Positions 19,209-31,234 of a DNA stretch of 64,000 nucleotides are shown in pieces. The position numbers and the translations under genes are program-made. The notes beneath the pieces were generated by a model. The model saw nothing but the letters and a program-made list of their open reading frames with translations. It was not told the origin of the DNA and made no database searches. Source of the stretch: an uncultured cyanobacterium (GTDB taxonomy: Bacteria; Cyanobacteriota; Cyanobacteriia; Pseudanabaenales; Pseudanabaenaceae). The stretch spans positions 960,001 through 1,024,000 of the forward strand of contig OY969811.1 in the NCBI GenBank assembly GCA_963703315.1. The letters run 5' to 3'. The number at the start of each line of letters is the position of its first letter. The stretch's first letter is position 1.

Positions 19209-20033
19209 ATGGCTGCACCTTGGGCGGGAGAACTAGAATTAGAATTTATCAAGCGGAATCAACAAACCGTATTAACCCGTAATTACACCGTAGCACCTTG
19301 GAAAATTCAGCGATCGCTCTATCCAGAAGGTGATGAGGTTTGCCATTGCATCTTGCTTCATACCGCAGGTGGTCTAGTGGGCGGCGATCGCCTATCTGCA
19401 AAAATTCATTTACAACCCCATACTCAAGCCCTAATTACCACGGCAGCCGCCAGCAAGATCTATCGCAGCACAGGTGCAGAATCCCTACAAAATCTCCATA
19501 TTCACATCGATGAAGGTGCAAGTTTAGAATGGTTTCCTCAAGAAACGATCGCCTTTGCTGAATCAAATTATCGCCAAACTACAAGAATTGACTTGGCGGC
19601 AAATGCAACCTGTACTCTATGGGAAATCGTCAGGTTTGGGCGCACCGCAAGGGGCGAAAAATTTCTCGATGGCAATTGGCGATCGCATACAGAAGTATGG
19701 CGCGATCAAAGCCCTTTATGGATTGATCGGCAATATCTCAATGGAAATTCGGAAATGTTAGGAAGTCCTAATGGATTAAATAACTATGCGATCGCTGCAA
19801 GCTTTATCTTTGTCGGCGCACAAGTTGAACCTGAATTAATTACACAGATTCGTTCTACTTGGGAACAGGGTAATTATCAGGGAGTCTCAGGAGTGACGCG
19901 ATCGCTATGTGGTTTGGTTTGCCGCTACTGCGGCAACTCGTCTAGCGATGCGCGTAAATGGTTTCAGCAAATTTGGCAGCTTTTGCGTGTATCCTATAGG
20001 GATAGAGCAATATGCGTACCCAGAGTTTGGTAA
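19209..20033 (+). CDS. ureD: Urease accessory protein UreD
   Basis: LLHTAGG.VGGD, TT..A.KIYRS, GR.ARGE.F and PRVW; directly upstream of ureA. Confidence 0.92.
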   Translation: MAAPWAGELELEFIKRNQQTVLTRNYTVAPWKIQRSLYPEGDEVCHCILLHTAGGLVGGDRLSAKIHLQPHTQALITTAAASKIYRSTGAESLQNLHIHIDEGASLEWFPQETIAFAESNYRQTTRIDLAANATCTLWEIVRFGRTARGEKFLDGNWRSHTEVWRDQSPLWIDRQYLNGNSEMLGSPNGLNNYAIAASFIFVGAQVEPELITQIRSTWEQGNYQGVSGVTRSLCGLVCRYCGNSSSDARKWFQQIWQLLRVSYRDRAICVPRVW

Positions 20034-20039
20034 TTATCT

Positions 20040-20342
20040 ATGCAGCTTACGCCTCAAGAAAAAGATAAATTATTGATTTTCACGGCTGCCCTGTTAGCGG
20101 AACGACGCAAAGCCAAAGGACTTAAGTTAAATTATCCTGAAGCGATCGCTTTTATAACTGCCGAGATTATGGAAGGGGCAAGGGAAGGTCGCACGGTTGC
20201 GGAATTGATGTCTTACGGCGCAACTTTACTCACCCGCGATGATGTAATGGAAGGTATCCCCGAAATGATCCATGATGTGCAAGTTGAGGCAAATTTTCCC
20301 GATGGAACCAAACTTGTCACAGTACATAATCCAATTCGCTAG
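20040..20342 (+). CDS. ureA: Urease subunit gamma
   Basis: [11 protein letters not shown]...LNYPEA...[14 protein letters not shown]. Confidence 0.97.
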   Translation: MQLTPQEKDKLLIFTAALLAERRKAKGLKLNYPEAIAFITAEIMEGAREGRTVAELMSYGATLLTRDDVMEGIPEMIHDVQVEANFPDGTKLVTVHNPIR

Positions 20343-20363
20343 CCTGAGCTATGGAGGTCTGAG

Positions 20364-21008
20364 ATGATTGCGATCGCAATGCCCCAAAAACAACAAAAAC
20401 AAACAGAGTTAGAACAGAAACTAACCTTTGAGCAGTTTCTAAAAATTTATCCTGAATATGGACATTATGAACTTATTGATGGTGAGCTAGTTGAGATTTT
20501 TGAAATGGCATTTACATGCAATCATGACGATGTTGGAGAGTTTATCGATAGACGTTTTTATAGTGAAGTCGAACGATTAGCTCTTAACTATGTCATTAAG
20601 AGAGCAGTTCCCATAAGAAGCATCGACCAAGACGGAAATGAGCGTGGGCGTGTACCTGACTTAAGTGTGATTGATGCGACATCTTGGCGCTCTAATCGTA
20701 GTGACTATAAAGGATTTCGCGACAAAATTCAGTTAGCTGTTGAAGTAGTTTCTACAAACTGGGAAGATGATTATGTTGACAAGTTTGAAGAATATCAACG
20801 CTTGGGCATTTCTGAATATTGGATTGTAGATTATTTAGCGATCGCTAGTCGTGAGTTTCTTGGTAATCCTAAGATCCCCACTGTGTTTGTTAATTTACTA
20901 GATGAAAATGGTAAATATCAAACAACTAAATTTACAGGAGATGACAAAATTATTTCACAGACTTTTCCTGAACTAAATTTAACTGCGGCAGAAATCTTAA
21001 ACATCTAA
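20364..21008 (+). CDS. Uma2 (DUF820) family endonuclease within the urease operon
   Basis: YELIDG, R.PD..V, VEVVSTNW.DDY..K and EYWIVD; start could be 20379. Confidence 0.88.
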   Translation: MIAIAMPQKQQKQTELEQKLTFEQFLKIYPEYGHYELIDGELVEIFEMAFTCNHDDVGEFIDRRFYSEVERLALNYVIKRAVPIRSIDQDGNERGRVPDLSVIDATSWRSNRSDYKGFRDKIQLAVEVVSTNWEDDYVDKFEEYQRLGISEYWIVDYLAIASREFLGNPKIPTVFVNLLDENGKYQTTKFTGDDKIISQTFPELNLTAAEILNI

Positions 21009-21024
21009 GAATGGAGGCTAAATT

Positions 21025-21336
21025 ATGATTGCTGGTGAAATCATTACCCAAGAAGGGGATATTGAATTAAATGCTGGGCGCGAAGTGATTACGCTCAAGG
21101 TTGCCAATTCAGGCGATCGCCCGATCCAAGTTGGCTCGCATTATCACTTTTATGAAACTAATCGAGCGCTGATATTCGATCGTGATCGCGCCAAAGGCAC
21201 ACACCTTGATATTCCTGCGGGGACTTCGATCCGCTTTGAACCAGGGGATGAGAAGGAAGTAAATCTAGTTCCCTATGTGGGTACTCGTGAGATTTATGGA
21301 TTTAATGCTTTAGTAGAAGGCAAATTGGAGAATTAA
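21025..21336 (+). CDS. ureB: Urease subunit beta
   Basis: [15 protein letters not shown] and LDIPAGT..RFEPG. Confidence 0.97.
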   Translation: MIAGEIITQEGDIELNAGREVITLKVANSGDRPIQVGSHYHFYETNRALIFDRDRAKGTHLDIPAGTSIRFEPGDEKEVNLVPYVGTREIYGFNALVEGKLEN

Positions 21337-21340
21337 ACAA

Positions 21341-23053
21341 ATGAGTTATAGAATGTCTCGTCGCGCTTATGCAGAAACCTATGGCGCAACCGTTGGTGAT
21401 AAAGTTCGCTTAGCCGATACCGAATTATTTATTGAAGTGGAACGCGACTACACCACCTATGGCGATGAAGTAAAATTTGGTGGTGGTAAGGTGATCCGTG
21501 ATGGTATGGGGCAATCACCAATTACTAATGTCAATGGAGCCGTTGATGTCGCGATTACCAATGCTTTAATTCTCGACTGGTGGGGCGTAGTGAAGGCAGA
21601 TGTGGGGATTAAAGATGGCAAGATTGTAGCGATCGGGAAGGCGGGAAATCCTTACATTCAAGATAATGTCAATATCATTATCGGTGCGGGTACAGAAATC
21701 ATCGCAGGAGAAGGAAGGATTCTCACCGCAGGCGGCATTGATACGCATATCCATTTTATCTGTCCACAACAAATTGAAGTAGCGATCGCCTCAGGCATTA
21801 CGACAATGATCGGTGGCGGGACTGGCCCTGCCGTTGGCACAAATGCGACCACTTGCACCCCTGGTCCTTGGAATATGTACCGTATGTTGCAAGCCGCCGA
21901 TGCTTTCCCGATGAATTTAGGATTTCTTGGTAAAGGTAATAGCAGCAAGCCTGAAGGCTTGGTTGAGCAGGTGGAAGCGGGTGCGATCGGGCTAAAACTT
22001 CATGAGGATTGGGGAACGACTCCCGCCACGATTGATACTTGTTTAGGGGTTGCCGATGAGTACGATGTGCAGGTTGCTATTCACACCGACACGCTCAACG
22101 AAGCGGGATTTGTGGAAGATACGATCGCAGCTTTCAAAAATCGTGTGATCCATACCTATCACACCGAAGGTGCGGGTGGTGGTCACGCTCCCGACATTAT
22201 CAAGATTTGCGGTGAAGCGAATGTTCTTCCCTCTTCCACAAATCCCACTCGTCCCTACACTTTAAATACTCTTGATGAACATCTGGATATGCTGATGGTC
22301 TGTCACCATCTCGATCCTAGCATTCCTGAAGATGTTTCCTTTGCAGAATCAAGAATCCGTCGCGAAACGATCGCTGCTGAAGATATTCTCCATGATATCG
22401 GCGCGTTTAGTATGATTTCTTCCGATTCGCAAGCAATGGGAAGAGTCGGTGAAGTAATCATTAGAACTTGGCAAACTGCCCACAAAATGAAAGTGCAGAG
22501 AGGGGTTCTCTCTAGTCCTGAAAGTACTAGAGCCGACAATTTCCGCGCTCAGCGCTATGTGGCAAAATACACCATCAATCCCGCGATCGCGCATGGTATT
22601 TCTGAATATGTCGGTTCCATTGAAGTTGGTAAAATTGCTGATCTCGTTCTCTGGCATCCTGCCTTTTTTGGCGTAAAGCCTGAAATGGTTCTAAAGGGTG
22701 GATTTATTGCATGGTCACAGATGGGCGATGCCAATGCCAGCATTCCCACACCGCAGCCTGTGTATATGCGTCCGATGTTTGGTAGCTATGGCGGTGCTAT
22801 CGCGCCCACATCCTTTACTTTTATTTCTCAAGTTGCAATGGAGCGAGGTATTCCCAGTCAATTAGGACTCAAGAAACAAGTACTTACGGTTAAAGGAACT
22901 CGTAACATCAGCAAACGAGACTTAAAGCTCAATGATGCTTTACCAGTAATGGAAGTCGATCCAGAGACTTATGAAGTTAGAGCCGATGGTGAATTATTGA
23001 CCTGTGAGCCAGCTTCTGTGTTGCCGATGGCACAGCGATATTTCTTGTTTTAA
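21341..23053 (+). CDS. ureC: Urease subunit alpha
   Basis: [33 protein letters not shown] and PMAQRYFLF. Confidence 0.98.
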   Translation: MSYRMSRRAYAETYGATVGDKVRLADTELFIEVERDYTTYGDEVKFGGGKVIRDGMGQSPITNVNGAVDVAITNALILDWWGVVKADVGIKDGKIVAIGKAGNPYIQDNVNIIIGAGTEIIAGEGRILTAGGIDTHIHFICPQQIEVAIASGITTMIGGGTGPAVGTNATTCTPGPWNMYRMLQAADAFPMNLGFLGKGNSSKPEGLVEQVEAGAIGLKLHEDWGTTPATIDTCLGVADEYDVQVAIHTDTLNEAGFVEDTIAAFKNRVIHTYHTEGAGGGHAPDIIKICGEANVLPSSTNPTRPYTLNTLDEHLDMLMVCHHLDPSIPEDVSFAESRIRRETIAAEDILHDIGAFSMISSDSQAMGRVGEVIIRTWQTAHKMKVQRGVLSSPESTRADNFRAQRYVAKYTINPAIAHGISEYVGSIEVGKIADLVLWHPAFFGVKPEMVLKGGFIAWSQMGDANASIPTPQPVYMRPMFGSYGGAIAPTSFTFISQVAMERGIPSQLGLKKQVLTVKGTRNISKRDLKLNDALPVMEVDPETYEVRADGELLTCEPASVLPMAQRYFLF

Positions 23054-23083
23054 GATAGCGGTGATCTCCTTAAGGTTTCAAAG

Positions 23084-23125
23084 AACTGATTTTTTGAGGT
23101 GGCGAAGCCACCTCAAAAAATCAGT
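23084..23125. terminator. Hairpin after ureC with GGC-GAA-GCC tip
   Basis: ~19-bp arms with a one-base indel in the T/A run. Confidence 0.65.
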
Positions 23126-23190
23126 GATGATTGATATAAGATGAAACTAGGCATACCGTGATTTTCCTATAGGCGATCGCACCTGCTTCC

Positions 23191-25149
23191 ATGTCATTCA
23201 AAATTCACGACGACACAATTAACCAAGTTAACCAACGCTCAGATATTGTCGATATCGTTTCTGAGCGAGTTGTGCTACGCAAAAGTGGGGCAAATTTTCG
23301 GGGAGCTTGTCCTTTTCACAATGGTACAAATGCTACAGCGCTGACGGTGAATCCATCGCGGCAGATGTATCACTGCTTTAACTGTGGGGCAGCAGGTGGG
23401 GCAGTCAAATTTTTGATGGAGATCGATAAGCGATCTTTTTCTGATGTAGTTTTGGATTTGGCGAAACGCTATAACGTTCCCATTCAAACTGTCGAACCAG
23501 AGAAAGCGAAAGAAATTCAGCGTCAAATCTCCCATCGCGATCGCCTTTATGAAGTGATGGCATTGACGACAAGTTTTTATCAGCACGCACTCTATGCACC
23601 GCAGGGACGCGAGGCTCTGTCGTATCTCACCGAAAAGCGGCAAATGAGCAAAGAGACAATCCAGAAATTTCAACTGGGTTACGCGCCTGCGGGTTGGGAA
23701 ACCCTGATGGGATATCTGGTGCAGCAAAAGCAGATTCCTGTAAGTTTGGTAGAAGAAGCAGGGCTAGTCGTTCCGCGTAAAACTGGGAATGGATTTTACG
23801 ATCGCTTTCGCGATCGCCTCATGATTCCGATTCATGATACTCGTGGGCGGGTGATTGCCTTTGGTGGTCGCTCCCTTGGTGATGAGGAACCCAAATATTT
23901 AAACTCCCCTGAAACGGAACTCTTCAGCAAGGGGACAGTTCTCTTTGCGATGGATAAGGCGCGAGATGAAATTGCTAAGTCCGATCAAGCAATTGTTGTA
24001 GAGGGATATTTTGATGCGATCGCTTTGCATCAAGCAGGAATTAGCCAAGCGATCGCCACAATGGGAGTCGCGCTCAATGCTGACCAAATGAAGCAGTTAT
24101 TGCGTTATACGGAATCGAAAAATGTAATTTTAAATTTTGATGCCGATAAAGCAGGAATTACGGCGGCGGAAAAAGCGATCGCAGGTTTTAAAGAATTAGT
24201 TTTTAATGGAACTGTACAATTACGGGTTTTGACAATGCCCGATGGCAAAGATGCCGATGAATATCTCAAACAACATAGTGCGGATGCTTATCGCGATTTG
24301 CTCAAAAATGCACCACTATTTTTGGATTGGCAAATCGATCAAATCCTCTCAGGTCAAGATCTTAATCAAGCCGATCGCTTTCAAAAGAGCAGTCAAGCGA
24401 TCTCGCAATTGCTGAACAATCTACCCGTCGATTCCTTCTTTCGCACCCATTACATCCATACTTCTGCTCAAAAACTATCTCAAGGTAATTCCTATCTTGC
24501 ATTGCGCCTAGAACAAGATCTTCGTCGTCAATTACGCAATACACGCTGGAATAGTAACAAGCCTGCTCCATCCCTGACTACAACCACAAATTCGCTGCAT
24601 ATTGCCGAAACTCAACTTCTGCAAATCTATCTGCATTTTCCCCAACATCGTGCATATTTATATCAAGAGATTGCTGAAGAAGAAAACATTGAATTTACAC
24701 AATCCAATCACCGCTATCTCTGGCAAACAATTCTCAATCTGCTCCAATCTAATAAAACTTCCCTTGCTGCCGAAGAACCCTACCCCGATCATCTAGTTCA
24801 ACAATTACAGATTCTCTGTGCTGAGCAAGAAGAAGTGGCTCAGCAGTTACAGCATTTACTCTGGCTCGATGAAAACTCGCGCATTGGTTTATTACGTCCT
24901 CAAATTGTTGTCAGAACGGCGATCGCCAAAATCCAATACATCATGTGTGAGAAGCATGAAAAGGACTGGTTAAGCAAATATCAAAGTATTGATGTGATTG
25001 CTAATCCCGCCTTTGGTTATGAATGTCAAGCCAAAGTTAAAGAGGCAAGGCAACGTAAAGCTGAAATTCGTAAACAGATTGAAGTTAATTATCTTGATCT
25101 CTCTGGTACTGGTACTAATACGAATGAGAAGAACATTATCGAGTTTTAA
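23191..25149 (+). CDS. dnaG: DNA primase
   Basis: CPFH..CFNC zinc finger, KYLNSPET, VEGYFD and TOPRIM FDAD.AG. Confidence 0.96.
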   Translation: MSFKIHDDTINQVNQRSDIVDIVSERVVLRKSGANFRGACPFHNGTNATALTVNPSRQMYHCFNCGAAGGAVKFLMEIDKRSFSDVVLDLAKRYNVPIQTVEPEKAKEIQRQISHRDRLYEVMALTTSFYQHALYAPQGREALSYLTEKRQMSKETIQKFQLGYAPAGWETLMGYLVQQKQIPVSLVEEAGLVVPRKTGNGFYDRFRDRLMIPIHDTRGRVIAFGGRSLGDEEPKYLNSPETELFSKGTVLFAMDKARDEIAKSDQAIVVEGYFDAIALHQAGISQAIATMGVALNADQMKQLLRYTESKNVILNFDADKAGITAAEKAIAGFKELVFNGTVQLRVLTMPDGKDADEYLKQHSADAYRDLLKNAPLFLDWQIDQILSGQDLNQADRFQKSSQAISQLLNNLPVDSFFRTHYIHTSAQKLSQGNSYLALRLEQDLRRQLRNTRWNSNKPAPSLTTTTNSLHIAETQLLQIYLHFPQHRAYLYQEIAEEENIEFTQSNHRYLWQTILNLLQSNKTSLAAEEPYPDHLVQQLQILCAEQEEVAQQLQHLLWLDENSRIGLLRPQIVVRTAIAKIQYIMCEKHEKDWLSKYQSIDVIANPAFGYECQAKVKEARQRKAEIRKQIEVNYLDLSGTGTNTNEKNIIEF

Positions 25150-25194
25150 AATGCTATAAGCTATAACAATCCCATTAGTTTAATTTTAAATCTA

Positions 25195-25779
25195 ATGAAA
25201 CAAGCGATCGCCAATCTAGAATTAGCTAACCCCAAAGCTTTGACAGATCAAGAATTTATGTCACTGCCTGAAAATGACAATCTTTATGAATATGTGGATG
25301 GAGAGCTAATTGTTGGGGCAAATTCAGGTGTAGAGCATGGCTATTTAGCACTTACTCTCGGATATTTTTTGACTGGCTTTGTGCGTACTCATAAGCTCGG
25401 TGTGACTTGCGACTCCAGTACCGCGTTTAAAATGAAAACGGGCAATAAGCGATCGCCTGATCTTGCGTTTATTGCTAAAGAACGGTTGCAAGGATTAAAG
25501 CGCTTACCAAAAGGATTTTTTGATGGCGCTCCTGACTTAGCTGTAGAAATTATTTCTCCCAATAATACGTTTGAGGAAATCCATAACAAATTAGTAGAAT
25601 ATTTTGAAAATGGAACTCGCTTAGTATGGGTAATCTTACCCGATAAAGAATGTGTATTGGTTTACCATAAACCTAAACCATCAAAGCTTTTGCAGTTAGA
25701 AGATAATCTTGATGGAGAAGATGTTATTCCTAATTTTAGTCTTCCCTTATCAGAAATATTTCAAGAGTTATCTTTTTAA
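25195..25779 (+). CDS. Uma2 (DUF820) family endonuclease
   Basis: YE.VDGEL, RSPD.AF and APDLAVEI.SP. Confidence 0.9.
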   Translation: MKQAIANLELANPKALTDQEFMSLPENDNLYEYVDGELIVGANSGVEHGYLALTLGYFLTGFVRTHKLGVTCDSSTAFKMKTGNKRSPDLAFIAKERLQGLKRLPKGFFDGAPDLAVEIISPNNTFEEIHNKLVEYFENGTRLVWVILPDKECVLVYHKPKPSKLLQLEDNLDGEDVIPNFSLPLSEIFQELSF

Positions 25780-25783
25780 CTGT

Positions 25784-26977
25784 TTATTGATTAAATTTAA
25801 GTAACCAACCGATCGCCGCGCCAGCAATTACTAACCAAGCAGAATTAACTTTAGGGAACTTGAGGAGAATGAGCAAACTCGCGATCGCCATAATAATTGT
25901 CCAAATATCAACTAAAGTTCCGCGACCTAATTCCCATGCTACGGCTGCCATCAAGCCAATGGAAGCGGCATTTACACCATCGAGAAATCCTGCTGTCCAA
26001 GTCGATTTGCGTAACTTTGAGACAAAGGGATTAATTAACGGAACCAAAATAAATGCTGGTAAAAAGATGCCAATTGTGCCAGCGATCGCCCCTAAATTTC
26101 CTGCCACCAGATAGCCGATAAATGTCGCGGTGGTAAACAAAGGACCTGGAGTAAACTGCCCGATCGCCACTGCATCTAATAGCTGTTGGGAAGTTAGCCA
26201 ATGGGTGCGATCGACAAATTCTTGCTGCACAAAGGCTAACAATACATAACCGCCACCATAGAGAACGGAACCAATTTTGAGAAAACTGAGAAATACGGCT
26301 GTCCAAGTTTTGGGATGTGCTTCAGCAGCAATAGTAGCTAAAGGAAAAGGGAAAAAAGAAAAGGGGAAAAATATACTGGGTAGGAATTTATTGGATTTGT
26401 TGAACTTAAGATTGTGAACTAAAGATACGACAAGTCCTGCGCCTAACATCAGGGCAATTTCGTTGATTCTGAGAAAATAGAGTGCTAATACTAAAATTCC
26501 TACGCTCCAAGTTGGAATATCTTTTAAGGCTGATCGCCCTAATTTCCATAATGCTTGGACGATAATCGCAATAATGACTGGCTTCACCCCATACAGCAGC
26601 CAACCCACAGCAGGGATAGTTTGATACTCCACATAAACCACTGCTAATCCCCACACCAGCAGCATTGCAGGAATAATAAAACTTGCTCCTGCCACGATTG
26701 CGCCTAACACTCCTGCCTGTTCTAATCCCACATGAATCACTAACTCCGTTGAGTTAGGACCTGGAATCAAATTGCTAATACTGAGCAGATCCAGTAACTT
26801 CTCACGACTTAACCATTGACGTTGCTGCACTACCTCCCGTTCTATTTGAGCGATATGAGCAGCAGGACCACCAAAGGCGATCGCACCTAATTTACTAAAA
26901 ACAACTGCTAAATCCCACAATTTGGCTTTGAGATGTAACGGCTCTAGTTCTAAATCTTTTTTTGTATACTCAGGCAT
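25784..26977 (-). CDS. chrA: Chromate efflux transporter (CHR family)
   Basis: FGGPAAHI, PGPNSTE, YGGGYVL and GQFTPGP motifs. Confidence 0.9.
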   Translation of the reverse strand: MPEYTKKDLELEPLHLKAKLWDLAVVFSKLGAIAFGGPAAHIAQIEREVVQQRQWLSREKLLDLLSISNLIPGPNSTELVIHVGLEQAGVLGAIVAGASFIIPAMLLVWGLAVVYVEYQTIPAVGWLLYGVKPVIIAIIVQALWKLGRSALKDIPTWSVGILVLALYFLRINEIALMLGAGLVVSLVHNLKFNKSNKFLPSIFFPFSFFPFPLATIAAEAHPKTWTAVFLSFLKIGSVLYGGGYVLLAFVQQEFVDRTHWLTSQQLLDAVAIGQFTPGPLFTTATFIGYLVAGNLGAIAGTIGIFLPAFILVPLINPFVSKLRKSTWTAGFLDGVNAASIGLMAAVAWELGRGTLVDIWTIIMAIASLLILLKFPKVNSAWLVIAGAAIGWLLKFNQ

Positions 26978-27178
26978 ATTTTTTGAAAATTAGGTGCGAC
27001 ATACTGGGATTGCATCAATAGTCGATAGAGCTTTTGTAGCTGCCAATCGCTTTCTGGATTGGCAGCTATAAAACTCAAACAAATCATCTAATAGTTAATT
27101 GCAGATGAGCATACACAAAGACTTATACTTTTTGCAGGTATCCCAGAATACTAAATAGCTTTTGCCTAAATTACAGAT

Positions 27179-27754
27179 ATGGTAGATTCGCTCAATTCAC
27201 AGTCAGTACAGCATTTACAAACTTCAGCAAGTTCGGATTTGGAGCTATGTCGTCAGCCTGAGCCGATGTTTTATTACTTTGCTTATGGGTCTTGTATGTG
27301 TCCTGTGGATTTGAAGCGATCGCTTGGTGAGACAGCCCATCATTATGTGGTGGGGGTAGCACGTTTGAGTGGTTACAAACTTGGTTTCTATTACCGATCG
27401 CCCCATCGTGATTGCGGTTGTTTAGATATTGTCAGAGATCCAAATTCTTATGTAGAAGGGGTTTTGTATTGTCTACCGATGCGGCTAAGCGATCGCCTAG
27501 ATATTCGTGAAGATGTATCGAGGGGCGGCTATCAACATGAACTGATCACGGTGACTGTTGGCAAAGATACTTATACAAATGTCAGAACTTATAGCGTGGT
27601 TAATAAGCTCTCACGCGAACTAGCTCCCAATGATTGGTATTCCAATGTAGTTTTGCGTGGTGCTTCTACCTGTGGATTAACGGAAAAATATTTCTGGCAG
27701 TTGTTCTATCACATTTATCGATTGCAGTCCTATCATCAACGTCAATATGGATAG
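27179..27754 (+). CDS. Gamma-glutamylcyclotransferase family protein
   Basis: YYFAYGS, V.GVLY and LD.RE motifs. Confidence 0.8.
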   Translation: MVDSLNSQSVQHLQTSASSDLELCRQPEPMFYYFAYGSCMCPVDLKRSLGETAHHYVVGVARLSGYKLGFYYRSPHRDCGCLDIVRDPNSYVEGVLYCLPMRLSDRLDIREDVSRGGYQHELITVTVGKDTYTNVRTYSVVNKLSRELAPNDWYSNVVLRGASTCGLTEKYFWQLFYHIYRLQSYHQRQYG

Positions 27755-27755
27755 G

Positions 27756-27811
27756 AATAGTGCGGCGAAGCCGCACTATTATTTATAGTGGCGCAAAGCG
27801 CCGCTATAAAT
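27756..27811. terminator. Two tandem hairpins between convergent genes
   Basis: 27756-27780 (GAA loop) and 27781-27811 (AAA loop, 1 mismatch). Confidence 0.65.
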
Positions 27812-27821
27812 GCTATAAATC

Positions 27822-28952
<1,131 letters not shown>

Positions 28953-29006
28953 TTACAATCCTTAATTTATCTACAGATGCAAACAGCCTCTAATTGTATC
29001 GCACAA

Positions 29007-29930
29007 TCATTGAGAAGATTTTAATCGATTGCCTAAGCTGCGGTAATAGATTGTGCCAACGATCGCAAAAAATATGACGTAGGCGATCGCTTGTACTAGA
29101 TAAAGCTTATCGGTATAACCGAATAGGGAACTAAGAATTACCCCCGGAAACTTTTCGGCGGGGAGGACTTTACTGGTATTCCAGACCATATTGCCAAGGA
29201 TGCAGGAATGCTCACGGGCAAAATGCTCGTAATAGAAACAAATAGCTTCAGACTTGCGATCGCTTTGGGAGAGAATCCGTAAAGCCGTATCAAAATGTCC
29301 GAGGGCAGAAATTACTAGACCAGAGACAATCGATAGCAGCATAAAGCCCATAATTTTGAAAAAGGCGCGGATATTGATTTGGATACCAAATTTAAATAGG
29401 GCGATCGCGATTAAAGTAGCTGCACCAATGCCACTAATCGCTCCGAGGGCTGGCATAAATCCTTCTTGGAACTTGGCAGAAATAAATAAAACAACTTCAA
29501 AACCTTCGCGCAAAATCGCAAACAGAATTAGTCCAAAAATTCCTAAGCCTGCTTTTTTACCTTTACCTAAAACGTTATTTAACGATCCTTCGATTTCCCC
29601 CTTCATAGCCCGACTCTGTTTGGTCATCCAGATCAACATCCATGTCAGCATGGCGATCGCCGCAACACTAAATAGACCTTCGAGTAATGGCTCAAATACT
29701 GCCGATAGTTCGGGGTTGCTCGTACCAACACTTTGCATGAACAAATTAAATAGAATACCGACGATCGCACTAATTACGAGTCCAATACCAATACCTGCAA
29801 ATACCCATTTATTAAGATGCGATCGCTTAGCACGTTTGAGATATGCCATGACAATACCAATTACCAGCGCGGCTTCGACACCTTCACGCAAGGTAATCAC
29901 AAAAGTAGGAAGAGTTAAACTAAAGTCCAT
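29007..29930 (-). CDS. FTR1/EfeU family iron permease
   Basis: Two REGxE motifs (REGVE, REGFE); multiple TM helices. Confidence 0.92.
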   Translation of the reverse strand: MDFSLTLPTFVITLREGVEAALVIGIVMAYLKRAKRSHLNKWVFAGIGIGLVISAIVGILFNLFMQSVGTSNPELSAVFEPLLEGLFSVAAIAMLTWMLIWMTKQSRAMKGEIEGSLNNVLGKGKKAGLGIFGLILFAILREGFEVVLFISAKFQEGFMPALGAISGIGAATLIAIALFKFGIQINIRAFFKIMGFMLLSIVSGLVISALGHFDTALRILSQSDRKSEAICFYYEHFAREHSCILGNMVWNTSKVLPAEKFPGVILSSLFGYTDKLYLVQAIAYVIFFAIVGTIYYRSLGNRLKSSQ

Positions 29931-29998
29931 AAAGTTTTTAGATAAAAATTTTTTCTTATCCCCCTCTCCCCTAGGGAGAGAGGCTAGGGGTGAGGGTC

Positions 29999-31072
29999 TT
30001 AGGATTTTGCATAAACCTTAGCAGCAGCTTGTTCGTTGCCCTTAATCAGTTCCGACATATCCGCAACCGAAAGCACAGGTTTGTCTGGGGCGATCGCACT
30101 AGGATAGGCTGACTTGAGTTTTGCCAAACTTGCCGTGAATTGTTTATGAGATTCAGGATGTTCCTTTTCCATTGTTGACGCAATGTTTTTATACAACTGC
30201 TCGACATAAATTGTGAAACCGCGTGAATCTTGATATTCGATGATTTCTTTGATTTTGTCATTAGCGATCGCCGCCTGATATTCTGTACCCGCCGTATCGA
30301 GAATCGTATTAATCACTTGCAGTGCCAGCTTTGGTGATTGGCGTTGGGTTTCAGGAATTGCGGCGATCGCGGCATCAATACTAGCCATTGCTTCATTATA
30401 TTTCGCAGCAATACTTGGATCGGTCGGCTTAGACTTAACCAACTGCTGCAAATCCATCAACACTTGCTTAAATTCTTTGACATTACGCTCCTTCAATTGA
30501 CCTTCGACATCCGCATAAATTTCTTCCACAGGATGCTCGATGTGAGGGAGCGCTTGGTCAGGTTTTTGAAGATCCAGCAATTCCTTTGCCACAATCATGT
30601 GACCTTTCATCAAACCCAACTTAGTTAAATAGTCAACATCCTTAGCTTCACCTGTTAGCACCACAGTTTCTGTGCCAACCATATCCTTGATTTGGTCAAA
30701 CTGTGCCGCAGTTACCACCTTCTTTGTAACTAAATCTTCAGCCTTGGTATAGGGACGCGCCGCCTGAATCTTGTTAGATAAGCCCGCTATTCCTAACTTT
30801 GCTTCAACCTTATCTAGCTCCGATAGGATCGCTTCATTGATATTGATCTTATTTTTGGTATGACCACTCATGCCATCTTTGTGAGACTTACTCTTAGGCT
30901 TAGATTCACTAATCGCAACAGGTGAAGTCGGACTAGTTGCAGTTGGAGTGTTAGTACAGGCAGAGATGGCGATCGCACCAACTAAAGAGAGTATGAATAA
31001 CATCAAAAATGCTTTGGTCTTAAATAAAAACTGCACTAAAGATTTAAATAACTTGGTGATGATTGCGAGCAT
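29999..31072 (-). CDS. Probable lipoprotein with helix-hairpin-helix-like domain; putative iron-uptake component
   Basis: Lipobox-like AISAC, KININ.A...L HhH-type segment, HIEHPVEEIY; lies between the multicopper oxidase and FTR1. Confidence 0.7.
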   Translation of the reverse strand: MLAIITKLFKSLVQFLFKTKAFLMLFILSLVGAIAISACTNTPTATSPTSPVAISESKPKSKSHKDGMSGHTKNKININEAILSELDKVEAKLGIAGLSNKIQAARPYTKAEDLVTKKVVTAAQFDQIKDMVGTETVVLTGEAKDVDYLTKLGLMKGHMIVAKELLDLQKPDQALPHIEHPVEEIYADVEGQLKERNVKEFKQVLMDLQQLVKSKPTDPSIAAKYNEAMASIDAAIAAIPETQRQSPKLALQVINTILDTAGTEYQAAIANDKIKEIIEYQDSRGFTIYVEQLYKNIASTMEKEHPESHKQFTASLAKLKSAYPSAIAPDKPVLSVADMSELIKGNEQAAAKVYAKS

Positions 31073-31113
31073 GAAGATAAATAAAAGATGAATAAATAGA
31101 TAATTGCTAGGTA

Positions 31114-31177
31114 ATGCAACTAATTTGCAATAACTAATTTAAATCTATTAGAACATAAACTTGCAAATAATTTGCAA
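31114..31177. promoter_or_regulatory. Two Fur-like boxes
   Basis: Perfect 8-1-8 TTGCAAAT-A-ATTTGCAA at 31161-31177; imperfect copy at 31114-31130; related site at 32244-32260. Confidence 0.5.
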
Positions 31178-31234
31178 TAAAGAACCAAATTTTTGTAGCG
31201 CGGCTTTGCCGCGCTACAAAAATTTGGTTCTTTA
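31178..31234. terminator. Perfect 27-bp hairpin at the multicopper oxidase stop
   Basis: TAAAGAACCAAATTTTTGTAGCGCGGC-TTT-reverse complement. Confidence 0.7.

Noticed and set aside
29254..30021. 255-aa + strand ORF
   Set aside because: Antisense shadow of the FTR1 membrane-protein gene; it ends in a repeat.
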